From: Nitrospinota bacterium
GTDB taxonomy: Bacteria > Nitrospinota > Nitrospinia > Nitrospinales > VA-1
NCBI GenBank assembly: GCA_038108555.1
Contig: JAYNIA010000009.1
Location: forward strand, 33,809 to 71,149
DNA: 37,341 nucleotides
Direction: 5' to 3'
A program made the position numbers and the translations under genes. The notes under the pieces are model-generated. The model did no database searches, was not told the origin of the DNA, and was given only the letters and a program-made list of their open reading frames with translations. Position 1 is the stretch's first letter, and every line of letters begins with the position of its first letter. Positions 1-9,936 of this stretch are shown here, one piece after another.

Positions 1-108
1 GTCAAAGTGGTTGCACAAACATCCTTGAGACGAAGAAAGACGGATCGATAAGATATTTTCCGTCGAGACAATTAAACATTCTCCATTAATATTCACACCC
101 GGTTCAAA

Positions 109-873
109 TTGGATTCCAATAATCCCTCCTCAAATTATGAAGAGAAAGTCATCGAAAGTTTTTCGAATTACGCCCGTTCATATGATCGATATGCACATCT
201 ACAAAAATCCATGGCAGAAAGGCTGGCCTCCTATTTACCTGAAAAAAAATCCTCACATATCCTGGAATTAGGTTGCGGCACGGGTGTATTTACCCGGCAT
301 TTATTGACTCTTCCCATTAAGAAGTTAACGCTCAATGACATTTCCCCAGCCATGATAGATATCCTTAAGTCCCGTTTGGAAATTCCATCAAACACAAATT
401 TTCTTATCGGTAATGCTGAGAATATCCCTTTAGGAAAGGCTGATTTAATTTGTGCAAATGCTGTATTCCAATGGTTCCAGGAACCGGAAAAATCCCTTTT
501 TCATTTAAAAAAAACACTAGCTAAAAATGGGACCCTTCTTTTCAGCACATTTGGATTGGAAACACTCAAAGAATTCCGACAGGCCGCAAATTTAAAAAGT
601 CCTATTAATCTGCATTCGCTCAAGCAGTGGAAAACTTATATAAAAAAAACGGGCTTTACATTGAACCGGTTTGATGAAGAAAAAAGAAAAATATTTTCTC
701 CAAACACGATGAATCTTATAAAAAATTTACAACAAATTGGAGCGGCACCGATTAAAATGTTAAAGGTAGGAGGTTTGAGAAAACTAATAAGGGATTACGA
801 CAAGCATTTCTCTACAAATCAGGGAGTATATGCAACCTGGGAGCTTTTTTATTTCTCGATATCCAACAAATAG
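109..873 (+). CDS. bioC: Malonyl-ACP O-methyltransferase (biotin synthesis)
   Basis: N-terminal FS..ARSYDRYAHLQKSMAERL, SAM motif ILELGCGTG, ANAVFQW and FSTFG..TLKE, as in BioC. Confidence 0.85.
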   Translation: MDSNNPSSNYEEKVIESFSNYARSYDRYAHLQKSMAERLASYLPEKKSSHILELGCGTGVFTRHLLTLPIKKLTLNDISPAMIDILKSRLEIPSNTNFLIGNAENIPLGKADLICANAVFQWFQEPEKSLFHLKKTLAKNGTLLFSTFGLETLKEFRQAANLKSPINLHSLKQWKTYIKKTGFTLNRFDEEKRKIFSPNTMNLIKNLQQIGAAPIKMLKVGGLRKLIRDYDKHFSTNQGVYATWELFYFSISNK

Positions 874-905
874 ATTAAATATTCATACAACCTTCCCTGC
901 GGTAT

Positions 906-2789
906 ATGACCTCAGAAACTTTTGAAAAAAACCTGGCTCTCCTAAAGAAACACCATCCTTTAGCCTTTGAAAGACTCCAGGATTCTGAGGCAATCTCGGG
1001 TTTTGAAATTTCTCCTTCAAATATTGGAGCCCCCACCCTCTCTTACACAAAAGGCGATAAAAGTAAAATCTATCTGCTAAGCAAATACGATCCCCTTAGG
1101 GAAGCAAAACGATTTATTGAATCTCTCAATGTTAACCATTGCACAAATTTTGTAGTTCTTGGCATGGGCTTGGGTTATCAAATTGAAAAATTAATTGATT
1201 CCGTTCCCGAACATTCCAAAATTTTTGTAATTGAAAGTAACCGAAGTATGGCCAGGTTGGCAATGGAATCAAACGACCTGGTAAAAATTCTAAATTATTC
1301 AGGACTAACCCTGATTTTCCCAGAAAACAGGAAAGAAATAATCTCTTGTCTTGAGGCTGAAAAATATAATTTTTGTTTAAATGGTTACCAATTGATCCAT
1401 CAAAACTCTCTGACTGAAGTAGATCGGATTGAATACGGTAAAATCCAAAAAGAGTTGAAATCATTTTTTCAAGCCACAAATATCGAATTAAAAACTCAAG
1501 CTGTAAAATCGAAACAGTTTTACAAAAACATATCTCAGAACTTTAAGAATTTAATTTCAAGTCCGGGAATAAATCATTTAAATAATTTATTTCAAAATGT
1601 TCCAGCAATAATTTGTTCTGCGGGCCCTTCCCTTGATAAAAACATCCATTATCTAAAGGCAAAAAGGGATAATTATTTATTAATTTCCGTAGCAACTGCC
1701 CTAAACTGCCTGATTAAAAATAATATTTATCCTGATTTTGTGCTTGCCGTTGATCCTCACGAAGTATCCACACACTTTTTTGTTCCCGGAAATCATCTAA
1801 GGGATATTAGATTAGTTTACGATCCGGTAATTCCACCTGGGATTCCGGAGTTTTTTAAGAACAAATCTTTTACTTATGATTCTTCTATTAATTTGGCTCG
1901 ATGGTTTCAAAAGCAAAGCGGCGGTAATGGTTCCCTGGGAAATGTAATGTCAGTGGCCCACGCGGCTCACCAACTCTCCATTTCCCTTGGGTGCTCACCC
2001 ATCATTTTTATAGGACAAGACCTTTCTTTTGAGAATAAAAGACTTCATTCCAAAAACACATATTTTCATCAACGTAGGGAGAATAAGATTGAAAGGTTTA
2101 ACACCATGGATATTTTGGATGGTTTGAAATTTAAAAAATATTCAGATCATATACTTGAACGGATGGATATTTTTAACAATTCAATAAAAACCACAGTGGC
2201 AATGGATACTTATTCTCAAATGTTTTCGGCAGACATTAGAAACCCCTCCAAGACTTTTAATTCGACAGAAGGTGGCTTGGGTATTAAAGGAGTCGGCAAC
2301 CATTTACTCAGGGAAATTATTTATAAAATTTGCCCCAAAAATGTTGCTTCCATTAAAGCGAAAGCATTTAACTCCATTACCCCCAAATCCATTCCCAAAA
2401 CGAAACTCGTTGAGGCCGCAAAACATCAATACGGTTTATTAAATCAAATTCATTCCCACCTCAGTACTGTAGAGGAAAAATATCTTAATGAAACCTTGCC
2501 TACAGAAAAAACTAAAGAAAGCTTTACCCAAGAAATGAACAAGACCATTAAAAATTTATTAAAAAATGAAGAAACAACATTGCTTCTCCAAGGATATGAT
2601 TTTTCCGGGTTTTCTTTATGGAATCAGAAAACCAATGAAATTTTGAGAAGGAAAAGTTTGGCCCCTTCTAAAAACCTGATAAACGAAGAGTTTCAGAGGG
2701 ACCAGGAGTTTTTTGGGGTATTAAAAAACTCTGTTGAATTTAATAAGAACGCCTTTAAAAAATTGATGGCTACTTGTGATTCACTTTAA
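906..2789 (+). CDS. Motility-associated factor (Maf/DUF115) family glycosyltransferase-like protein
   Basis: SKYDPLREA, VLGMGLGY, IICSAGPSLDKNI, VLAVDP, IIFIGQDLSF and NSTEGG motifs; 627 aa. Confidence 0.8.
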   Translation: MTSETFEKNLALLKKHHPLAFERLQDSEAISGFEISPSNIGAPTLSYTKGDKSKIYLLSKYDPLREAKRFIESLNVNHCTNFVVLGMGLGYQIEKLIDSVPEHSKIFVIESNRSMARLAMESNDLVKILNYSGLTLIFPENRKEIISCLEAEKYNFCLNGYQLIHQNSLTEVDRIEYGKIQKELKSFFQATNIELKTQAVKSKQFYKNISQNFKNLISSPGINHLNNLFQNVPAIICSAGPSLDKNIHYLKAKRDNYLLISVATALNCLIKNNIYPDFVLAVDPHEVSTHFFVPGNHLRDIRLVYDPVIPPGIPEFFKNKSFTYDSSINLARWFQKQSGGNGSLGNVMSVAHAAHQLSISLGCSPIIFIGQDLSFENKRLHSKNTYFHQRRENKIERFNTMDILDGLKFKKYSDHILERMDIFNNSIKTTVAMDTYSQMFSADIRNPSKTFNSTEGGLGIKGVGNHLLREIIYKICPKNVASIKAKAFNSITPKSIPKTKLVEAAKHQYGLLNQIHSHLSTVEEKYLNETLPTEKTKESFTQEMNKTIKNLLKNEETTLLLQGYDFSGFSLWNQKTNEILRRKSLAPSKNLINEEFQRDQEFFGVLKNSVEFNKNAFKKLMATCDSL

Positions 2790-3771
2790 ATTTTCTCACA
2801 TTCAATAACACTCGATCCCCGAACCAATTCAAAAGTCTTAAAATTGGAAAATCCCATTTTACTTAATAATGCCTTTGTTTCTTTCTCACCATAAGTTCTA
2901 CCCGTTTTGGTATACATCAACATCGTTATTGAAAACATAGCGGCATCATAGGGTTGAGTTCGCGCCTCATTTAAAAACAAATCAACGATTATCAGCCTTC
3001 CTCCAGGTTTTAAACAAGAGTGTATTTTTTCTAATAGGACTAAATTTTCTTTTTCACTATAAATATGCAGAATATTTGAATATAAGACAGTATCATTTTC
3101 AGATTCAAAATTTACTTCAAACAAATCTCCCGGACAAAAGGTAAACCTTTTATAGCTTGATTTGGATTTCAGCAAGTTCTTTGCAACCTTCAAGCTATGA
3201 GGCCTATCTACAATTGTAACTTTCGATTTTTTGTCCAATTTTAAAATCTCTGCGGAATACGTCCCAGGCCCCCCCCAACGTCCAAAAGTTTACCCACAGA
3301 TTTTCGTGCAACTATTTTTGCAAGGGGCTTTGAATAGTTTTCACTTCGTTCATGCATTGCATGTGTAAATAATTCCCTGTAATTTGCATCATCCTCCCCT
3401 TCAAATTCTTCCAGGTTTCGGCCATTTTTCAGAACCTCCAGCAACCCTGACCATTCTTCCCTCATATCCTGCTTTAAAAATACTGTACCTTTTTTAAAAT
3501 CTTTGCTTGATTCACAAAGGTATTTGAAAGATTCAGAACTGTTTTTATATTTATTATTTTTCTTGATCAATACTTTCATAGCACATAAGGCATCTAACAA
3601 AGCTGAAGCTCCTTCAGGATCTAATTTAGCCTTGTTCGCAATAAATTTGCTGGTCCTTGGGGTCTTACCTAAATGAGTGAAAATTTTAAATTTTAAGGCG
3701 GCAGCACGAAGGTTGGCCTCTTCCAGCTTTTCAATCCTATCCATGATTTCAGAAAAATTAAGCAATCTCAT
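2786..3771 (-). pseudogene. Methyltransf_2-type O-methyltransferase with dimerisation domain, frameshifted in a G8 tract (or sequencing error)
   Basis: ORFs 3241-3789 and 2786-3238 join into LLDVGGGPGTYSAEILKLDKKSKVTIVD if the C8 run at 3269-3276 is C9. C-half has GDLF, SNILH, LKPGGRLIIVD. Likely start ATG 3771 after AAGGAG. Confidence 0.85.
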
Positions 3772-3861
3772 CAGGAACTCCTTTGCCATAAATGGCTTAT
3801 AGAAATAAGAGCCTATTTATTAAAAATATTCTCTAAAGTTTTATTTTACAATCATTTAGGA

Positions 3862-3890
3862 TTGACAATTCCCTTAAAATGGGTTAACAT
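3862..3890 (+). promoter_or_regulatory. Sigma70-type promoter for the 62-aa ORF
   Basis: TTGACA (3862-3867), 17 bp, TAACAT (3885-3890). Confidence 0.6.
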
Positions 3891-3926
3891 AAATAATATC
3901 ATTAAAAACACAATACGGAGGCTGGC

Positions 3927-4115
3927 ATGGAAGCTATGCACGAAAGGCGAATGCCTTCTCCCGAAGAAAATCGTTCGAAGTCCGAAGAAAACTCCTTTGA
4001 TGCCTTCGAAAAAAAACTTCGGGATGAAAATTTGCGCCTATTTAGAAACCTGCGGTTGCAGGAAATGATGGGTAAAATTAAATCAGACGAACCCAATAAA
4101 TGGCCTTTTAAATAA
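3927..4115 (+). CDS. Small hypothetical protein, 62 aa
   Basis: GGAGG RBS at 3917-3921, ATG, upstream consensus promoter; fills the intergenic gap. Confidence 0.7.
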   Translation: MEAMHERRMPSPEENRSKSEENSFDAFEKKLRDENLRLFRNLRLQEMMGKIKSDEPNKWPFK

Positions 4116-4134
4116 ATTGGATGGGTCTTTGGAA

Positions 4135-4806
4135 TTAATCTGCCAACAGGTTTTCTATTTCTCTATCAAGTCCAAACCCACTTCCAAACCATTTTCCACG
4201 CAGTCTTCCCTTTTTATCTATCAAGATGGTTGATGGAGTCCCACGTAACTGGTAATTCTCGAAAGTTTCTGCAGTGAATTCCTTCTTTTTTTGATAACTC
4301 AGCACCTGATCAAACAACTTTTTTTGAGTTGATTCCGGCATTTGCGAATACTCGGGAAAATCTCTATCAATCATTTTTCGGGTATTTTCTTCAGCATTTG
4401 CAGGGTCAGCAGGAATAATGCTATCCATTGCAACAGGAAATGGAATTGAATAGGAAAGCCGATTATTTTCCAACAAACCCTGGCTTCCCAAGGCGTATAA
4501 TGTTTCCCCTACCACCTCTCCATTACCAATTAACTTTTTTAAATTTTCAATATTATTGAATTGATAATCCTCAAAAGCCGTGGATAATCCCCAGAAAATG
4601 ACCGATTCCCCTGAGAATTTTTCATACGCACCAAGGATTTCTGGAAATCCTACACTAAAACATCCTGGGCAATTGACCTGAAAGACCTTAATGACAATAA
4701 TTTTACCAGGTTGCTGGCTGATATTTGAAGGTTGCCCCTGAACCCATTCGGCAATATTTAAATCAGGAGCCGGGTCATTAATTTGAGGCATAACCCGAAT
4801 TTTCAT
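4135..4806 (-). CDS. Redoxin/TlpA-like thioredoxin-fold protein
   Basis: APDLNIAEWVQG, FQVNCPGC (CxxC), GTPSTILIDKKG. Alternative start ATG 4791. Confidence 0.8.
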   Translation of the reverse strand: MKIRVMPQINDPAPDLNIAEWVQGQPSNISQQPGKIIVIKVFQVNCPGCFSVGFPEILGAYEKFSGESVIFWGLSTAFEDYQFNNIENLKKLIGNGEVVGETLYALGSQGLLENNRLSYSIPFPVAMDSIIPADPANAEENTRKMIDRDFPEYSQMPESTQKKLFDQVLSYQKKKEFTAETFENYQLRGTPSTILIDKKGRLRGKWFGSGFGLDREIENLLAD

Positions 4807-5596
4807 TAATACTATTTCTCATTCGCTTAAGTAAGGGTTCGATCTTTTGAGGAGGATGGCTGTTTAAGGCTTCATCAAGCAAATAAAGGGCTCGGCTTTT
4901 TTCGCCTTTTAAATTGTGAATGATACCGAGCATCGCATAAGCATTGAATTTTTTATCACCCATTTTAAACTCATCAATAATTTTTTGGAAATGCACTTTG
5001 GCATTATCATATCTCTTCAATCTGAAATAAGATGAACCGAGTCCAAACTGGATATTATCTTCTAAAAATTTGGGAGGGTCTTGTTTCAATAATCTTTTAA
5101 AAATACCAATGCTGACAGAATACTTTCCATTGCTAAAAGCCTTCATTGCGGCGTTATAATCGTCAGTTGAAAAAATAACTGGAGGCTCCACCTTAGAGAG
5201 CTTTATTAACATTTCTTTCTGGGCTAAATACCTGGTTCGTGCCTCTTCTAAATCGGCTCGCATTTTTTTAAGCCGATCAAGTTCATTCTTCATTTGGTTA
5301 GAGTTTTCGCGATCGATCCTGTCGATTTTTGCATCTGTTTTTCGGATTAACTCATCCATGGTAGATTCTTGCTGAGCCAACGATGCATGATTTACGAAAA
5401 GCCGTTCAATCTCTCCTGTTAGATTATCCAAATGTTGTTGGCGTTCTCTTCTTTGTGCAAGAGTTTCCTCGTCGGGCGGATCCCAGACATGCCTTTCAGA
5501 TGGGTTTGCCGACAAGTTTTTAGGCGCCGATGGGAGGTAACCACCGCACCCCATCAAAATGGTGGAAAAAATTAATGCTAGAAAAATACTTTTCAT
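4778..5596 (-). CDS. TPR lipoprotein, CpoB/YbgF-like
   Basis: Lipobox LMGC after hydrophobic stretch, coiled-coil middle, C-terminal TPRs (YNAAMKAF..., FGLGSSYF...). Confidence 0.65.
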   Translation of the reverse strand: MKSIFLALIFSTILMGCGGYLPSAPKNLSANPSERHVWDPPDEETLAQRRERQQHLDNLTGEIERLFVNHASLAQQESTMDELIRKTDAKIDRIDRENSNQMKNELDRLKKMRADLEEARTRYLAQKEMLIKLSKVEPPVIFSTDDYNAAMKAFSNGKYSVSIGIFKRLLKQDPPKFLEDNIQFGLGSSYFRLKRYDNAKVHFQKIIDEFKMGDKKFNAYAMLGIIHNLKGEKSRALYLLDEALNSHPPQKIEPLLKRMRNSINENSGYASN

Positions 5597-5678
5597 ATGA
5601 CAGCAAAGTAATATAATTTATAATAAAACCTGCTTTCAGTTTAGACAAAATCCCCTTAATTTTCAACCCTTTACAGAA

Positions 5679-6569
5679 ATGAAAGATTATTACTCGGTTC
5701 TAGGATTAAAAAAAGGTGTTTCCGATGATGAGATAAAAAAGGCCTACCGGAAACTTGCCATGAAGTATCACCCTGATAGAAATGAGGGCGACTCGAATGC
5801 TGAAAATAAATTCAAAGAAATAAGTGAAGCATACGCCGTACTAAGCGATAAAAAGAAACGAAGGGAATATGACCAGTTCGGATCAGAAGGTTTTCACCAA
5901 AAGTTTTCTCAGGAAGATATTTTTCGTGACTTTGACATAAACGAGATTTTAAGAGGATTTGGTTTTGGGTCAGGCTCAGGTAATCCATTTCAGGGAGGTT
6001 TTCCAGGAGGAGGATTTGGAAATCCATTCAACCAACAACCCCGACGAGAACCACCGCCACCGCCTCTTATTAAAGAATTATCCATTAGTTTTGAAGAAGC
6101 TGCATTAGGAGCTCAAAGAAATATATCCATTTCGAGAAATGGAAAAGTTGAAGAAACAAGTGTTAAAATTCCGGCGGGAATAACCGATGCAAAAATTTTA
6201 AGATTAAAGGGAAAAGGCCATGCCAACCCCAGTGGCAAGAACCAGGGGGATTTACATTTAAAAGTCCGTGTCCAACCACATCCTCTGTTTCGTAGGGAGG
6301 CAAATAATGTCGTGGTTGATGTGGATATCAAATTAACGGATGCCATTTTAGGAACCACCATCGAGGTTCAAACTTTAAACGGCATTAAGGCCGTGAAGGT
6401 TCCACCGGGCACTCAAAATAATGCCAAGTTAAGGTTGAAGGGTGTGGGAATTAAATCCGCCTCAGGTAGTCAGGGGGATCAATTCCTAAATATAAAGGTT
6501 GCTATTCCCAAAAACCTGACAGATGAACAATTGCAGCATATCCAGTTTTTAAAAGACACGGGTATTTAA
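5679..6569 (+). CDS. cbpA: DnaJ class II co-chaperone (CbpA-like, no Zn finger)
   Basis: J-domain with HPD, G/F-rich linker, DnaJ_C domain, no CxxCxGxG repeats. Confidence 0.85.
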   Translation: MKDYYSVLGLKKGVSDDEIKKAYRKLAMKYHPDRNEGDSNAENKFKEISEAYAVLSDKKKRREYDQFGSEGFHQKFSQEDIFRDFDINEILRGFGFGSGSGNPFQGGFPGGGFGNPFNQQPRREPPPPPLIKELSISFEEAALGAQRNISISRNGKVEETSVKIPAGITDAKILRLKGKGHANPSGKNQGDLHLKVRVQPHPLFRREANNVVVDVDIKLTDAILGTTIEVQTLNGIKAVKVPPGTQNNAKLRLKGVGIKSASGSQGDQFLNIKVAIPKNLTDEQLQHIQFLKDTGI

Positions 6570-6655
6570 AAACTGGAAATAAATTAAGTATATAAATATA
6601 TAATCCTAATAATCCATTTTCCTTCCTATGGAAAATTACTTTTTTGGAGTAAAAA

Positions 6656-6949
6656 GTGGCTAAAGTATTTTTTAAAACCGACAATGTTACCCATGAAGTG
6701 GAGGACGGAACACCATTGATTGATTTATGTGACGAAATTGGCGTTTCCCTTTCTTTTGGTTGTACAGAAGGTACTTGTGGTGTTTGTGAAGTTACGGTTG
6801 TAAAAGGTATGGAAAATCTTTCTCGAGTTACTGATGAGGAAAAGGACTATTTACTGGAAGAGGACCTTGAGGGGGGGATGCGCCTGGGTTGCCAGGTCAG
6901 AATCCGAAAAGGAGATGTAACCCTGCAATGGAAAAAAGTTAAAGGATAG
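6656..6949 (+). CDS. 2Fe-2S ferredoxin
   Basis: CTEGTCGVC...RLGCQ ligand pattern; GGAG RBS and GTG start. Confidence 0.9.
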   Translation: MAKVFFKTDNVTHEVEDGTPLIDLCDEIGVSLSFGCTEGTCGVCEVTVVKGMENLSRVTDEEKDYLLEEDLEGGMRLGCQVRIRKGDVTLQWKKVKG

Positions 6950-6951
6950 AA

Positions 6952-9513
6952 CTACAAGCCACTGTCTTTAATATCTTCTTCGACCTTTTTAACCATCCAT
7001 TCTTTGATTTCTTCAGCAAGCTTTTTTGCTTCGTCTTTAGGATTATCGGGCAAGGCTTGACTGGCTAAATCTGCGAAACTCATAGCCTCTTCAGCAGGGC
7101 CCGACTTCTGGTAAACCAGAGACATTTTCCACAAAGCCTGCGCTTCCAGAAATCTTTCCCCATTTTTACGCCCAATAGATTTTGCATGACGAAAACAAAT
7201 CAAAGCTTTTTCATCATTAGCCAATTCCCAATAGACTTCTCCCAGGCTTTTTAACAAACTGTATTCAACTTTAAAGTGGGTACCTTTGCGAATCTTTGGC
7301 CAGCCTTTTTCATAAAACTCTGCTGCCTTTTCATACTCTTTAATTTGTTGGTAAAAATCCCCAGTTTTCTTGAGAATAAATCCCTGATTTCTTTTATCAC
7401 CGATTTTTTTAGCTAAAGTCAGAGCGGCATCCAGATTTTCTATAGCCTTTTTGTGTTTACCCATTTTCATATTGGCGTTAGCCATATTTTCCATGACCCC
7501 CATCTCACGAATCCGGTCATCGCATTGTCTGGCAGCTGTTTTTGCTTGTTTGAAAAAATTTACTGCTCCGGAAAATTTTTTCATTTGGGTATTTACTACC
7601 CCTAAATCATCAAGGTTTTTGGCCACTTGTTTTTTATCGTTCAGTTTTTGGGCCATATCCAAAGACTTTTTAAAGTTAATTTCAGCCTGTTCCAGTTCGT
7701 CCGATTTTTGGTAAGCCTGTGCTAAAAAATCAACAACCTCCATTTCTTTTTTCTTATTTCCTTCGAGTTTTACAAACTCCAAAACCTTCTCAAAACATTC
7801 ACAGGCACGATCATATTGTTTGATCTCCAGACAAGCTTGTCCCAGCAAATTCAGGGCATCCTTTTCATCTTTTGAATGTCCCAGCTGATTCGCCAAAATT
7901 TGTGCATCTTCCAAATACTCCGCTGCCTTTTCATAATGCCCCATATCATTCAACTGCATTCCGAGAGTGAGCAGATTATTTTTTTCGGATTCGATATTTT
8001 CAGATTCCCGAGAAGCGGCAAGAGCCGATTCATTCCATTGGATACATTCTTCCGGGGGGTGCCGCATCGGCATAAGAGTTCTGGCCTGAGTACAATAGTC
8101 CCCGCATAATTTTGCTATGGTTGCGTCTTCCGTACTTTTGTTGGCCGACCATGCCTGCCCTGCTTGAATATTGGGCCAATTAAGGTCGAACATATTCAGG
8201 GCACTTTCAGCACCCTCTTCGTCTTTTTCATAAAGCTCATTGGCTTCAGACAATACTTCATAATAATAAAGGGCAAGATTCCTATGGGTTAGAATTTTCT
8301 CTGATGGTCTGACATTTTTAGAAACTAGTTTTCTAATAATTTCATGAAAGCTGTATCTTTGATTCAAAGGATCATAATTAATCAGTTTTAAAGCAACCAA
8401 CCTTTTTAAATGTTCGTTTTCCCGGTCTCCACATATATTTTCTTCGGCCTTTTCATCAAATGAATCTGCAAACAAAGCTAGTTTACGAAGAACCGTTGCT
8501 GTTTCTTTTTTTAATTCCCTGTTAACGATATTAAAAATAGCCTGAACATCCCGATCAATTATTTCAATGTCCGGTTTTTCCTTTTTTAAAAATTCATCAC
8601 CTTCCGGTTTCATTATCATTCGTTCTTCACGAAGCTGATTGATTATATTATTTAAAGGATAATCGGGGTTTGCTTTTATAAAGGACCCTGCCAGTGCTAC
8701 GGCTAAAGGGTTATTTCCACATAACTCTGATATTTCCCCTGCATCTCTTTTGGCGTTTGAAGCGAGAAAAAACAATAAAAGTTCACCTTCATCGGGGTGT
8801 AATTCTTTTACCTGTCTGGAAAAAGATCCCGGGGGTGCTATTTTTGTTTCTGATGTAACAATTAACAATCCCGATTTGGGAGGCATCAACTGCTTCACCT
8901 GGCTTAGTTTTTTCACATTTTCCAGGGCAATCAGAATTCTTTTCCCCCGGAAGCATGCTCCATACCTTTCAGATAGTTCGTAAGGATCGGAAGGAATTGG
9001 ATCTGTGGGATAAAAGGCTCGCAAGACATACCCCATGGCCTTACTAACTGACAAAGGTTTTTCACCATCTCCTTTTAGATCAATATAAAATTGTGCATCC
9101 GGATATTTGGGTGCCAACTGATGTGCTAATTCAAGTGCCAATGATGTTTATCCAATACCTTTTTTCCCATAAAGAACTATGGGACCACTTCCTCCCCAAT
9201 TTTTACTATTGACTTCATTCAGGATATCTTTTCTTCCAAAGAAAGCTTCCAGCTTATCCGGTAACTGTTTGGTAGATAATGCTGGAAAGCTTCTTGAATT
9301 GATCATCGATAATTGATTCAATAGACTGGAACTTGAGCCGGTGGACCCGGAATTCCCTGAGGCAGTTTGAGGGCTGGAGATTTCAACGTTTGGATTTCCT
9401 GAGGAAGGCTCTTCCGAAGATGTGTTTGGATTTTGTCCTGAGGAATCGGAAAAAATAAACTTTAAACCGATAAAAACTACCAACAAAATTATTATAATCA
9501 GGGATAAATCCAT
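6952..9513 (-). pseudogene. Membrane-anchored STAND (NB-ARC) NTPase with C-terminal TPRs, interrupted by an in-frame TAA
   Basis: ORFs 9148-9513 and 6952-9141 are in one frame: LPDKLEAFFGR...LYGKKGIG*TSLALELAH. Walker B-like LIALENV, GNNPLA, FHE motif, then a long TPR array. Confidence 0.8.
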
Positions 9514-9762
9514 AAGGATTTCGGACCAAATAAGGTTGAATAAAATGCCCTAAAATTCACATTCAATTGAAAAGGCATTAAATTGTAATTATTTTGCTTT
9601 GTAATTTTGTCATTATCCCACTTTTAATCGAAAACTGAATGTTTTCAATTATAAATTCTCCCCCTCAAATGGGGGAGTTCCATGAGATATTAAGAAATTT
9701 TTAGCTCAATTTGGCAAGTTAATTAAAATTATAATGGAAAAATATCGGGAATCATCGAGATC

Positions 9763-9790
9763 TTGACAAAAACTAAAACTTTGATAGGAT
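9763..9790 (+). promoter_or_regulatory. pyr operon promoter
   Basis: TTGACA (9763-9768), 16 bp, TAGGAT (9785-9790) with extended -10 TG, directly upstream of the PyrR leader. Confidence 0.6.
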
Positions 9791-9805
9791 CGGTTTTGTT
9801 ACTAA

Positions 9806-9840
9806 CTCTTTTAAACAGTCCTGTGAGGCTGTAAAGGGAA
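9806..9840 (+). promoter_or_regulatory. PyrR-binding loop (anti-antiterminator RNA element)
   Basis: AGTCCTGTGAGGCT (9817-9830) matches ARUCCNGNGAGGYU, preceded by TTTTAA and enclosed by ACAG/CTGT and CTCTTT/AAAGGG pairing. Confidence 0.9.
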
Positions 9841-9863
9841 TAAAATGAAAGACTCTCCATTTC

Positions 9864-9907
9864 GACCTTCTTATACCCAAATTCCGGGTTCGGGAAGGTT
9901 TTTTTTT
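9864..9907 (+). terminator. Attenuator intrinsic terminator of the pyr leader
   Basis: ACCTTC...GAAGGT stem with inner ACCC/GGGT pairing, then a T9 tract, about 30 nt before the pyrR start. Confidence 0.8.
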
Positions 9908-9936
9908 GACCAACGCTTTTCCTTCCAAAGGTCAAA

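Noticed and set aside
1..51. Possible 3' end of an upstream gene (VKVVAQTSLRRRKTDR*)
   Set aside because: Too short to support.
3862..4096. Alternative ORFs 3862-4068 (+) and 3902-4096 (-)
   Set aside because: No RBS; the TTG at 3862 is the -35 box; 3927-4115 has the better signals.
9148..9150. Stop-codon recoding (Sec, Pyl or alternative genetic code) for the in-frame stop
   Set aside because: The codon is TAA, the commonest true stop in this window; Sec and Pyl use TGA and TAG.
9658..9677. Hairpin CTCCCCC-TCAAAT-GGGGGAG in the divergent intergenic region
   Set aside because: 7-bp stem with no U-tract, single copy, no recognisable RNA family.
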